NCBI GenBank assembly: GCA_951406725.2
Contig: OX597826.1
Coordinates: 12,276,001-12,340,000 of the forward strand
Reading direction: 5' to 3'
From: Octopus vulgaris
Lineage: Eukaryota
DNA: 64,000 nucleotides
The notes beneath the pieces were generated by a model. It made no database searches, was not told the origin of the DNA, and worked only from the letters and a program-made list of their open reading frames with translations. Positions 40,533-53,006 of the stretch are shown one piece after another. Numbering within the stretch: the stretch's first letter is position 1; every line of letters starts with the position of its first letter. Both the position numbers and the translations under genes were made by a program.

Positions 40533-40889
40533 TTGAATAATATTATTCAGGATTCCATGTGTAGTGGAATAATTCGAGATGATCATGGTTTGAACGTCTT
40601 TGATTTTAAGCCAGTTCAGTTAAGATGTGCTTCGGTAAAAGCAGCAGCAGCGGTGGATGCAGCTGTGACGACAACAACATCATCCTCAACCAAATCAACT
40701 ATAATCATCATCACCATCTTCAGATTTTTCCAATCTATGCAACTAACTCCCAGCTACTAACATTCCTAACACTTAACAGCCATTTTTTTCATTATTACTT
40801 TCTGTGTTATTATTTTTTTTTTTTTAGAGATTTTCACAAGATTTGTGTTTCATTTACTGCATTTATATTTTTGCAAAAATTGAATTTCA

Positions 40890-41340
40890 ATTGGCCGCCA
40901 TTTGACCAGATACGTTTGCACTTCACTTTTATATATATGTTAGGATTTTCTTTTTACAAGATCGTCTTTCAAGTACCGTTTTGTTACTCGAAGCTGTCAC
41001 CTGACGCCAACTCCCTTACAAAAGGAAGTTGTGTTATAGGGGGAAAAAAGCGATAATATGAAAGTACATCTATCTGCACTTCTATTATCAAATGTCAGTT
41101 GTGTGACATCGGAAGTATATCGTATTTCACGGATTTTCAGATCGGCACGACGATTCATTTGTGTCTAAGAGTTTGATTTATTGATCGCTTGATTGTTCTC
41201 ATAATTCTCCCTGAGATGTCGTTGAGGCAGCAGTTAATTGAATGTGTGCCAATGTACGGGAGTATGTATCTGCGCATGCGTAAAAGCGTTTCTTCATATC
41301 TCTATGAAAGGTATGTATGTTTATAAGCGTCACTTCGGCA
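40890..41340. promoter_or_regulatory. Candidate housekeeping-type promoter or first-exon region
   Basis: YY1-like gccgccattt (40894), ETS cggaagt (41110), NRF1-like tgcgcatgcg (41271), cgtcacttcgg (41328), splice donor aag|gtatgt (41311). Confidence 0.3.
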
Positions 41341-41524
41341 GAAATATTACTAGCCGTAGTAGATATTTTTTAAACCCAATTGTGTAAACTGCAAAAACAC
41401 TCTTTAAATATAGACTATTCAATTCATAACGATGACCAAGATTTCCTATAGAGGCGTATGCAAAGGAACTACTCAGGGAGACACGTGATTTGGTGGTTAG
41501 GATGTATATCTATACATGTATGTA

Positions 41525-41564
<40 letters not shown>

Positions 41565-41568
41565 TACA

Positions 41569-41635
<67 letters not shown>

Positions 41636-42012
41636 ATATATATATGTATGTATATGTATATATATGTATATATATATATATATATATATGAACAAAAGAA
41701 AGGTAGACCGAAAAACAAATTAAAAGAAAGACAGACACTATACAGCACATCCAATTAGAGAGTTGGGTTGGGGTGGGGACCAACCATGAGCCTATCCTAA
41801 ATGTATGGATTTCTGCTTAGAAGTAATAATAACCATCTGTAAACCCCACAGAAACAAACTATTAAAAGTCCATCAAGCTATCTAAGAATAAATAGAAATA
41901 AACAAACACAAATATACAGTATTTGTGTCCACCATGCCTAAAATGTCTGGATAAGATTGGAAAGAGAACATTGGAAATTGTTGAATTTGGAAATGTTCTT
42001 AATTGTTTTTCA

Positions 42013-42205
42013 CGTGGTTTCGATCCCTGGATCGAGCCATGTATTGTGTTCTTGAACAAAACACTTGCTCCTGTCCACTCAGCTGGCAAAAGCAAGTCAT
42101 TCAGCGACGGACCGGTGTTCTGTCCAGGGGTGAAATATATAATACACAGCACAGAAACCAGAAAACTGGCCTTATCCATTTATATGACTCGCGAAAGGTC
42201 GTTTT
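42013..42205 (+). mobile_element. SINE family D (CORE-like), degenerate
   Basis: ttgtgttcttgaacaaaacactt..gtccactcagctggcaaaa, matching 49742-49984. Confidence 0.7.
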
Positions 42206-42250
42206 CCTTTTTTTTTAAATTAGCGATTGGTGAAAATACGGAAGCGCAGT

Positions 42251-42435
42251 AAGGCAGCAATGTCATTTCGTCAAATGATAAGGCATTGTGACGCATATTT
42301 GACATCGAAAACTGATAAGGAAGAAGATAGGGAAAAACTATAATGTATTTAGTACAGGAGTTATATTATGTCAGGCGTGTACACTGCTTTCATGACCAAG
42401 TTTCTATTCCGATACATGTGAAATTCTGGAGAGGT
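42251..42435 (+). repeat. Local duplication, copy 1 (empty-site copy)
   Basis: Colinear with 44709-44860 plus 45412-45470. Confidence 0.85.
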
Positions 42436-42554
42436 TATTTCACTCATTTATGACGTTCTCCAAGACATGTAATAGCGTTATTCTTCATGAAAAGTGATAT
42501 GAAATCAAAACAAATAAAAATGAAAACACTTCAAAGCATACATGTAACATACAT

Positions 42555-42796
42555 GTTTCAAATTTTAGCACAAGGCCAGCAGTTTCAGGAGACGGCTTGG
42601 GGAGGGGATAAGACAAAGGGAGGAGATAAGTCGATTACATCTATCCACGCGTACAACTAGTATTTATTTTATCGAGCCCGAAAGTATGAAGGGCAAAGTC
42701 AACCTCGGTGGGATTTCAACTCAGAACATAAAGACAGACGAAATGCTGTTAAGCATTTCGCCTAGAATGCTGAAGATTCTGCCAGCTGACCGCCTT
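42555..42796 (-). mobile_element. SINE C with tail 2
   Basis: Family C core and head, reverse complement. Confidence 0.8.
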
Positions 42797-43136
42797 GGAT
42801 ACTTCTAATATTGATTTCTACTTGAGTCAAAATGCAACAAATACTAGAGTAATATTTACTTGTTTATTTGCAGTGACCCTTGTGTCAGGCCTGTGTTTAC
42901 TTTATTGACGTCAACTAGATAAATATTCTAAAAAAATAAATTGGTTGTTTTCAGAGAGTAAAGTGAATCAGTGACTATTATGAAGAATGTTGGCTGAATC
43001 TGCGAAATTAAATTATACTACATCACTGTCCACGAGTACTTCAGTATAATTCGAACCCACAGCGTTTCAGATTGTTTTAGAGGAAAGTGACAACCGATAA
43101 AATGAATAACCTATTACACTGTTGTGTTGCTATATT

Positions 43137-43552
43137 CTTTTCTATTTTAGGCCCAAGGCCTGAAATTCTTGGGAAGTGTGTGTGTGTGTGTGGGGGGGGC
43201 AATCGATTAGATCGACCACCAGTACGCAACTGGTACTTAATTTATCGACCCCGAAAGGATGAAAGGCAAAGTCAACCTCGGTGGAATTTGAACTCAGAAC
43301 GTAAAGACAGAACAAATACTTATTTCTTTACTACCCACAAGGAGCTAAACACAGAGAGGACAAACAAGGACAGACAAACGGATTAATTCGATTAGATCAA
43401 CCCCAGTGCGTAACTGGTACTTAATTTATCGACCCCGAAAGGATGAAAGGCAAAGTCAACCTCGGTGGAATTTGAACTCAGAACGTAAAGACCGACGAAA
43501 TACCTCTAAGTATTTCGCCCGGCATGCTAACGTGTCTGACAGCTTGCCGCCT
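43137..43552 (-). mobile_element. Dimeric SINE C, 17-bp TSD
   Basis: TSD tgttgtgttg(c/t)tatatt encloses two C cores. Confidence 0.88.
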
Positions 43553-44089
43553 TGTTGTGTTGTTATATTGATCTGATGATGATGTGAAAGGTGACGTCGA
43601 TTATGACAGATTTAAATATAAAATACTGAGAGAAATTTTGTCCGACTTTCAAATAGTTCTGCCTACTCATCAGCCAGTAGTATTGATATTCACAGAGAAA
43701 ATGAATAATAAAATTAGAGAGAGAAGGAGTGTGCCGGATGTAGTGTAGTGAGATTCAATGTTTTATGATGAGGGGATAGTTTTCACTTTATTCAAGAAAG
43801 ATTAAAATCAATATGGATGAAATGATTTTCCTTTCAATGCTATTAATAATCCCATTGAGGAGGAATATAAATAGTTAAAAAGCATTGAATAGCTTTTCAC
43901 TTGATATTAAATTTAGAAGGGCATGGCGATCGTAGAGGTAAGATCGATTGTGTAAGAAACGGAACTAGTTTCGATTCCAGATTATTGACCCTTTCATTTT
44001 AATTTATTTAAAATAATATTTGGATGATCATGAACGTCACGTGATCTTTTTTTCCTGCTACTCTACATTAATAAGTATATGTCTAAGGA

Positions 44090-44515
44090 AGGCGGTGAGC
44101 TGGCAGAGACGTTAGCACGCCGGGCGAAATGTTTAGCAGTATTTCGTCTGTCGTTACGTTCTGAGTTCAAATTCCGCCGAGGTCGACTTTGCCTTTCATC
44201 CTTTCGGTGTTGATGAATTAAGTACCAGTTACGATGTAATCGACTTAACCCGTTTGTCTGTCCTTGTCCCCTCTGTGTTTAGCCCCTTGTGGGTAGTAAA
44301 GAAATAAGTATATGTCTAAGGTAGGGAGCTTGCAAAATTGTTAGCACGCCGGGAAAAATGCTTACAGGCATTTCGGCCGTCTCTACGTTCTGAGTTCAAA
44401 TTCCGCCGAGGTTTCCTTCTTTCGGGGTAGATAAAATAAGTACCACTTGAAATGAAATCGATTAGCCCTTGAAAGGAAATCGACTTAGCTGGCCTTGTGA
44501 TAAAATCTGAAACCA
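44090..44515 (+). mobile_element. Younger SINE C (19-bp TSD) inserted at the head of an older SINE C
   Basis: TSD aataagtatatgtctaagg at 44070-44088 and 44303-44321. Confidence 0.88.
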
Positions 44516-44860
44516 AAATTTACGTCATAGAAATGTATAATGTCACTTAGAAGGATAGATCAAGAGACGAATATTAGAGACAAACTGCTACCGCAATAAT
44601 TGTGCGATTAATTCTGTATTTCGGATATCAACATCCTGACTGAACTTGTGTATCTAACGTATTCTAGAAAGATTTTACGTTTCTTTGATGCAATATATTG
44701 ACTTTTGCAAGGCAGTAATGTCATTTCGTCAAAATATAAGGCATTGTGACGCATATTTGTCATCGAAAACAGATAAGCAAGAAGATAGGGAAAAACAATA
44801 ATGTATTTAGTACAGAAGTTATATTGTATCAGGCGTGTACACTGCTCTCACGACCAAGTT

Positions 44861-45411
44861 GGGGAATTACAACCGTGTTTCGTGGTCTGCTACCACAACA
44901 GCTCCTTTATAGGATCCAGTTAGCTCAAGACATCATCAGGAGGAACCACGTCCGGTTTCGGCCCCTACTCCTCTACCGTTTTGACGTGGCGGGGCTACCC
45001 CTTTCGGAGGTGTCTTCAGCTTTGGTGTTGGGTGCATGTCTTCTTTCTTCTTCTTTCTTCTGTTCCATGGCCTCTTCGATGTATCGTCAGCGAGTGTCAG
45101 CCGGTGACTGACTGACTTGTCAAATTTTTCCCTTTAAATACCTACCGCTAGGCTCCAGCAGGCAGCCCCAGCAAGTTGTCACGTGGCACTGTCTCACCTT
45201 AACTGACCAGTGAAGGCGCGTAGTCTTAGCCCGCGCATTCTCTAAACGACCGTCACCTGTCAGTCAGCGAAGCTGATTCAGTGTCAGCTTGTCTCACCTA
45301 GTGATGTTATTTCCCGCCGGCATGTTATGACTTTCAAGCCATATTTGGTCTTCCCGCTTCAGCCATATATAGAAGCTGGATTTCTCGACCGCCTCCTGTA
45401 CTCTCCTTATT
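44861..45411 (-). mobile_element. 551-bp GC-richer insertion, pLTR/retrozyme-like, with TATA/Inr and two HHR-like motifs
   Basis: Boundaries defined by the empty-site paralog at 42251-42435; agtt on both flanks; minus-strand tatttaaa (45140-45133), tcagt repeats, CTGAAGA..GAAACC and CTGATGA..GAAACA. Confidence 0.7.
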
Positions 45412-45753
45412 AGTTTTCTATTCCGAGCGTGGATTAAGGTTCGATATACATGTGAAATTCCGAAGAGGGCATCCTTGTTTTTTCAGATTATGGATATTCC
45501 AGCGTATGACACACTCATTTGGTTTACTTGATAGAACATATTGATAAATTCAAGCTGTGTCTCATCAAAATAAACTATCATAAGTAAAAGCCATGTTGAA
45601 CATCTTCAATCTGTACGGAACTTATACTAATCAGTAAGATGGTTTTGATTTAGAGATTACAAATGTTCACATAAGTCATTATTTTTATATCGCTTCCTTG
45701 ATTGTAATATCAATTGCTGGAATTGTTAACTGTACACTTAATTTCTATATAGT

Positions 45754-46138
45754 GGAGTGGAAGCACTCCATCGGTTACGACGACGAGGGTTCCGGTTGAT
45801 CCGATCAACGGAACAGCCTGCTCGTGAAATTAACGTGTAAGTGGCTGAGCACTCCACAAACACGTGTACCCTTAACGTAGTTCTCGGTGATATTAAGCGT
45901 GACAAAGGGAGTGACAAGGCCGGCCCTTTGAAATACAGGTACAACAGAAACAGGAAGTAAGAGCGAGAGAAAGTTGTGGTGAAAGAGTACAGCAGGGATC
46001 ACCACCATCCCTGTCGGAGCCTCGTGGAGCTTTAGGTGTTTTCGCTCAATAAACACTCGCAACGCCCGATCTGGGAATCGAAAACGCGATCCTACGACCG
46101 CGAGTCCGCTGCTCTAACCACTGGGCCATTGCGCCTCC
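45754..46138 (-). mobile_element. SINE family B, full length (tail 1), 10-bp TSD
   Basis: TSD tctatatagt; tRNA-Arg-like head with A and B boxes. Confidence 0.93.
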
Positions 46139-47124
46139 TCTATATAGTAAATTCCTTTTTACTTCGTTAATTCTTTAACTACATTTACTTTTGATAAATT
46201 TGAAATAGATTTTACGCAATGCCTTCTCAGAATGTCGCATATTTTTAGCCTATTTTAACGTGGATGATGTGGGATTTTATTACAAACGTTTTAAACACGT
46301 GACATACATAAGCATTGAGTTTGTTATAATCCCATCTATGAGTACAACTAAAAGCGCCATTTATGTATCAATGCATCTAGTGCACTCGCTGGGAAGAATC
46401 TTCGCCTATCCTTTTGATTATTATTTTGTTTTTAACATAGAAAAAAACCACGGGAGTTATCCAAAGACAAATAGTACAGCAAGTAGCATATGGCCAGTGA
46501 GTTTACACTAATTATCATCTCTAGACGGCCTGCTAGCCTTTTTCAGACTGCCTGAACCTACACTACCCTACAATGTCACCCCTCTTCTTGTAAAATCTTG
46601 ATAAACATACACTAAAAATACCTATTGAAAAATTATTCAGTTTAATGTTAAATTGTTTTTATAATGACTCGACATAAAATAAATGGTAACACTACATCCA
46701 AGCAGACATACATACATACATAGATACATAGAGTCATACATACATACGTACATACATACAAACGCACACTCACATACATATACGTATATGAAAATTGCTA
46801 GGATTGTTTATTATCTAGAATTAGTAAAATGGTAACAATTTATTCCACGTTTTTAGAAAATATAGACATTGAACGTATCATTAAATCTGACAGGTGAAAT
46901 TAGCAGACATATTCGTTTTCGTTAGATTTCATTAGTCAAACATATACACCTCAGTCTCGTAGACTTAGAATTCACTGTTTTATAAAGAAATACATAGAAA
47001 TTGATGATGTTCATTATAAATATCAGACATATGACCAATAGCAAGTAATTCCAGAATTATTCTGCAATATAAATACATAAATAAAAATGCGCGCGCGCGT
47101 AAATTATTTATATATATATATATA

Positions 47125-47485
47125 TATTCTTTCATCATTTTACTTGTTTCAGTCATTTGACTGCGGCCATGATGGAGCACCACGTTGAAGGATCCTTCAT
47201 TCGAACAAATCGACCTTAGGACTTATTTTTCTAAGCCTAGTACTTATTGTATCGTCTCTTCTGCCAAACCGCTAATTTACGGGGACGTAAACACACCGGG
47301 ACCAATTGACAAGCGGTAATAGGAAGACACACACAGACACAAACATACAAACACACTCACACACATATATATAAACATTTATATATATATATAATATATA
47401 TATATACGCATATACATATATATATATACACACACATGCATATATACACACACATATATATATACGTATATATGAACATATATAT

Positions 47486-47530
<45 letters not shown>

Positions 47531-47665
47531 TATATATATATATATGAGACAACGGACTTCATTCGGTATCCGTCTACCAAATCCACTCACAAGGCTTTGG
47601 TCGGCCCGAGGCTATAGGAGAAAACACTTGTCCTAGGTGACACCAAACATCCACACTTGCGTCTA
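47125..47665 (-). mobile_element. SINE family A
   Basis: Reverse-complement tail and head around an expanded TA tract. Confidence 0.85.
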
Positions 47666-48882
47666 TGTATATATATATATGTGTGTGTATGTGAGTCTGT
47701 GTTGTGTGTGTATAGATGTGTTTGTACATATATACTTTTTACTAAAGCTGCAAAATTCGTTGGAGAGTCGCGATGGAAAACATCACAACTGTCCAACTAT
47801 ATGTATATAGGTCTGTTTTGTTTTGACTAGAATTCGAATATAGTTGAAATTTGAACAGAATTGCATTTTCTGTAGTACTTGCTTTCGCTAGTCATATGAA
47901 TAACTTCAAATTATTTCTTTATTTAGACCGTCACATTTTGCTTGTTATGGCAACTTTTCAACGACAGTATCATTTAGAAATATGACGTCCGTTTCGTTTT
48001 GATTAAATAATTTTAGTGGTAGTTTTAGGCGTTTTATTGAAATCAAAAATCATGTTAATGTTTCCGTTTTCATTTGTCAATTTTATGACCATTGAGGTCA
48101 AAGTCTTTCAGAAAATATGGAAATAACTTCGCCGAGGTGTCTGATGTGTGGATTTTGGAAGGGATGTTTTTCTTTGTGTTGCATCTTGCTATTAATTTAG
48201 TATGTATGACTAACAGTCTGAGTTTTTTTAAATGTATTTTTTCAATAGATTGTATTAATGTTTTTTTTTTAGTTTATATTTCTTTTGTATTGTCTCTTAC
48301 AATATTGCGACATTGTTAACTATTGTAGATGCATTTGTCTGCACGTGAAAAATTGTGATAGCAGTTATAACTAATATGGTGGAGAGATGAAAATATACAT
48401 GTTTCATATTGCGTCTGAATTTATAAATTACATTAGTTATCTGAATACTATTCAACAACACTGCAAGCCATTTTTTGGTTTGTTGTTAATGAATATATAT
48501 GACCGGTTTTCCAATATATTGTTAATATTTTTTTCTGTTGTAAATAATCCAGTTAGCTTTTCTATAACCACGGCACACTTGATTCATGAATTATAAAAGT
48601 CTAAGTGGTGTTTTTATCGTAATTGGGTGACGTGCCTCTGTTATAAATTCTATATACTCCATTGAACTTGTTCGGCTATAATTATATAATTTGGTCTACT
48701 AAATCGTTTGGTTTTATTTAATGAGTAGCATTTATGTTTATTTCTATTAATTTCTCTCTTTGCGGAAGGAAATCTAAAAAAGAATATAGTTAATTTAGGA
48801 TTGTAAAATTAACGTTTTATATTTCGGGGCCTTTTGCTATATCCATACATGTATAGACATTCCCTCAATACTGGCCTTATAA

Positions 48883-48987
<105 letters not shown>

Positions 48988-49437
48988 CACACAAAACACA
49001 AAGACCCGTTTAAATCCAATGAGGCACTTTAAACAAGTAAACGGTTGTTATCGGAGGTCAAACTAATCATTGGATACACCATTAAAACCAAATTTGTTTG
49101 TTCAAATATTATTGCAGCTCCGTAAATTCTATCTGCAAAGTATAAAATAAGAGCCGGAAGGATGAAAATACATTAGATGTACTATATTATATGACAGCAA
49201 AATCCATCAATGATAGTATAAATGTCACAATTCCTTACCAATCTGCATCTCCAGACAGGAGGTTGCCTGTGTTGTGTACCAAGTGCAGGATACAGACAAC
49301 TCTCAATAGAGATTTTATCGAGTCCACTAGCAATAAAGACAGACGCTGCTATGTTGAAATATGTCAAACTAGACGTTCTAGTGGTAGATCTCTGAAGAAT
49401 AAGGCATTATGTCATAGCTGTGCCAATCTTATGAACT

Positions 49438-49987
49438 TGTTTGTTCTTTCTCGAGCCACGCCTGGCTCATAAGGGCCGGTTTCCCGGTTTCCTTGGCGTA
49501 TAGGTTCCCCACATGGATGGGACGCCGGTCCGTCGCAGGTGAGCTGCAAGATGCAGGAGGAAAGAGTGAGAGAAAGTTGTGGCGAAAGAGTCAGCAGAAG
49601 TTCGCCATTACCTTCTGCCGGAGCCGCGTGGAGCTTAGGTGTTTCGCTCATAAGCACACACATCACCCAGTCTGAGATTCGAACGCGCCATCCCTCGACC
49701 GCGAGTCCGCTGCCCTAACAACTAGGCCATGTGCCTCCACTAAAAATAAATGCACCCTTTTAAAGCCTAGCCAGGCTCATGGGCCCGGTTTCCCGGTCTC
49801 TATGGCGTATGTGTTCCCCAGCCAGTCCATCGCAGCGTTACTCATTTTTGCCAGCTGAGTGGACTGGAGCAATGGGAAATGAAGTATTTTGCTCAAGAAC
49901 ACAACGCGTCACTCGGTTCAGAAATCGAAACCACAATCTTACGATCATGAAGTTGACACCCTAACCACTAAGCCACACGCCTCTAAT
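49438..49987 (-). mobile_element. Composite of SINE D (49742-49984) and SINE B variant (49438-49740) inside one 12-bp TSD
   Basis: TSD atcttatgaact at 49426-49437 and 49988-49999. Confidence 0.85.
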
Positions 49988-50160
49988 ATCTTATGAACTG
50001 AAAAGAGATATCCAGCTCTGTAGATTACGCTTGCTGTTATAGAGATACACACAAACTGAATAGGGTAGATCCCAAATGGAGTGTAGGTGTGAGAAAGTGA
50101 GCTAGAAAAGTGTTTGAAAAAAAACAAAAAAAAAAACCAATTAGAATAGAGCTTCTATAT

Positions 50161-50458
50161 TGTAACGCACTTTAGAAAAGAGCAGTTAGGGAATGTAATA
50201 AAATATCTCAAGTCAGTAAATGGTACCTCCACGATAATTGTACGTAAGAAGATATAACGTATCGTGTAAGGTGCCAAGAATAATTTTGTGCACACCATCT
50301 CGAATAACAAAGGAAAGGAATCCTGGATAAGAGTCGAAAGCTTCGGAAACTTTTGGAAATAATGAATTGTAACGCAACGCATTTGTATATTTTGCTCACA
50401 TGCACTGAATAAACACGATAATCAAAGGAGTAGAGTAATTATAGATATTGCGTTTACA
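50161..50458 (+). mobile_element. Probable solo LTR
   Basis: tgtaacgca...tgcgtttaca (TG..CA inverted ends), AATAAA at about 50408; TSD imperfect. Confidence 0.55.
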
Positions 50459-50554
50459 TATTCTTATAAGCTGTTACTTAGACAGGCTCTGAACTGACAT
50501 TGCTTATGATAAGGATCCAGCCTGAAACATAAGTTTGAATGCAGAGAAGTTAAC

Positions 50555-50556
<2 letters not shown>

Positions 50557-50587
<31 letters not shown>

Positions 50588-50725
50588 TGTATGTATGTAT
50601 GTATGTATGTATGTATGTATGTATGTATGTATGTATGTATGTATGTATGTATGTATGTATGTATGTATGTATGTATGTATGCATGTATGTATGTATGTAT
50701 GTATGTATGTATGTATGAATGTATG

Positions 50726-50759
<34 letters not shown>

Positions 50760-51213
50760 TGTATGTATGTATGTATGTATGCATGTATGTATGTATGTAT
50801 GTATGTATGTATGCATGTATGTGTGTATGTATATATGTATGTATGTATTATGTATGTATTATGTATGCATGCATGTATGCATGTATGTATGTATGCATGT
50901 ATGTATGTATGCATGTATGTGTGTATGTATATATGTATGTATGTATTATGTATGTATTATGTATGTATGTATGTATGCATGCATGTATGTATGCATGTAT
51001 GTATGTATGCATGCATACATGCATGCCTGTATGTATGTATGTATATATGTATGTATGTATGCATGTATGTATGTATGTATATATGTATGTATGTATGTAT
51101 GCCTGTATGTATGTATGTATGTATGTATGTATGCATGCATGCATGTATGTATGTATGTATGTATGTATGTATGTATGTATGTATGCATGCATGCATGTAT
51201 GTATGTATGTATG

Positions 51214-51247
<34 letters not shown>

Positions 51248-51365
51248 TGCATGCATGCATGTATGTATGCATGTATGCATGTATGTATGCATGCATGCAT
51301 GCATGCCTGTATGTATGTATGTATATATGTATGTATGTATGTATGTATATATGTATGTATGTATG

Positions 51366-51396
<31 letters not shown>

Positions 51397-51400
51397 ATAC
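50557..51400. repeat. ~850-bp (ATGT)n microsatellite with ATGC variants
   Basis: Directly visible; source of the MYVC ORFs. Confidence 0.97.
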
Positions 51401-51652
51401 ATATTTAAAAGCTTTGGTAAAAATTACTTGATACAGTTATAATAATCAGAAAAGCATTTAAAAAAAAAAGAGTTATCAACTATTTAAAATGTTCTGAATT
51501 ATTTAACAAAAAATATTTTATTTCGCAGAATGTCGCTAACATTTGTGGCGTACGTTCATATAAAGGAGTTGAAAAAACTCTTTGGATAAATGTTCCATAT
51601 TTTGAACAAGAATAAGGAGGGCCTAACAAGATTTTAAAAATTATTATATACA

Positions 51653-51817
51653 GGCGCAGGAGTGGCTGTGTGGTAAGTAGCCTGCTAACCAACCTCGTGG
51701 TTTCGGGTTCAGTCCCACTGCATAGCATCTTGGGCAAGTGTCTTCTGCTATAGCCCCGGGCCGACCCATGCCTTGTGGGTGGATTTGGTAGACGGAAACT
51801 GAAAGAAGCCTGTTGTA

Positions 51818-51862
<45 letters not shown>

Positions 51863-52088
51863 ATGTGTTTGTGTGTCGGTGTTTGTCTCCCTAGCATTGC
51901 TTGACAACCGATGCTGGTGTGTTTACGTCCCCGTAACTTAGCGGTTCGGCAAAAGAGACCGATTGAATAAGTACTGGGATTACAAAGAATAAGTCCCGGG
52001 GTCGGTTTGCTCGACTAAAGGCGGTGCTCCAGCATGGCCGCAGTCAAATGACTGAAACAAGTAAAAGAGTAAAAAGAGTAAAAGAGTA
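51653..52088 (+). mobile_element. SINE family A
   Basis: Colinear with 4597-5025. Confidence 0.93.
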
Positions 52089-52094
52089 ATTCAT

Positions 52095-52890
52095 TAATTG
52101 CTCCACTTCACTTTGGAATTGAGTGAAAACGGATCTCCCTTTTCTGGATATTCTAATAATTAAAGAAAATGAGACAGTTACAACCGATCCGTACTGAGAA
52201 ATCACTAACATACACCAATATTTATATTACTGATCTTGCCACCCTTCCGATACAACAAGGGACATACCATTCAATATGGCTAGACGTATATACATAATTG
52301 TTACAGGCATCAACAGACGAGAGAAACGACTGGTAGAACTAAATATGTTTCTTCAAAAACGGAAATACCCACAAAAGTTAATAAATCATGCAAAAACCAA
52401 GGCAAAATAAATCCCGATCTTTGTCTTACGGAGAAACACTCATACTAAGGGTGAAAAGGAAAATAGCAATATAAATATTCCATTTGTAGTCATCCATATT
52501 TCTAGGAACCACAACCATCAAATCTCAAGAGATTTCTAAAGAAGGCAAGATTTATTTCGCAGAAAAGGAAAAAGACAAGTATTAAACTCTGGATACCCGC
52601 CCTGTGGGACATGTGAAATAATTGAACAAAGAACAATCAAAAGATTCACGAATAGGAAATAACTGAAAGTGAATGCAAGCATGAGCTGCAAAACAAAACA
52701 TCTCATCTGCTGTGTCACATGACCGCGATGCAATGATAATTTTAATGGAGAAAAACGAATAAAACTAACCAATCGTGTAAACGTGAAGGTACGACAATGC
52801 AACATAGAAATGTTACACGGAGTAGACATCTACACGTTTGTCCAAATGGAAAATTTTAGATAATCACGTTTTACAAAATTAAGGATGGAA
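52095..52890 (+). pseudogene. Penelope-like element RT C-terminus and GIY-YIG remnant
   Basis: FTLELSENG/PFLDILII; HQYLYY*SCHP..DIPFNMARRI; CKTKHLICCVT*PRCNDNFNGE (cf. CxSxNVIYxIxCxxCxxxYIGET). Confidence 0.82.
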
Positions 52891-52955
52891 GGTGTCTGTA
52901 AGCCATTTAAGAATCACACAAAAGCCGTTCGATTCACTTTAACATTTACATTTAA

Positions 52956-53006
52956 TTTGTCAAAATATTTTCGTCGCTTTAAGACCGCGACCTGTTCACT
53001 GACAAA
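52956..53006 (-). ncRNA. Minimal HHR with a swapped G3-C8 core, between 22-bp inverted repeats (52892-52913 / 53022-53043)
   Basis: tttgtca-GTGAACA-g-gtcgc-ggtcttaaa-gcgac-GAAAATATTT-tgacaaa. Confidence 0.75.

Noticed and set aside
47880-48780. Possible ancient LINE on the minus strand (similar stretches at 22520-22930 and 36300-36830)
   Set aside because: Only compositional hints; no motif could be read reliably
49191-49437. Cys-containing ORF (CTKC..CHSC), possibly a piggyBac-like cysteine-rich tail
   Set aside because: Cys spacing is not convincing and the ORF runs into a SINE
50464-51442. Long 200-300 aa ORFs (MYVC / HTYI repeats)
   Set aside because: They are translations of the (ATGT)n microsatellite; the same applies to all YI, CV, poly-L, poly-I, poly-Y and poly-N ORFs in the track
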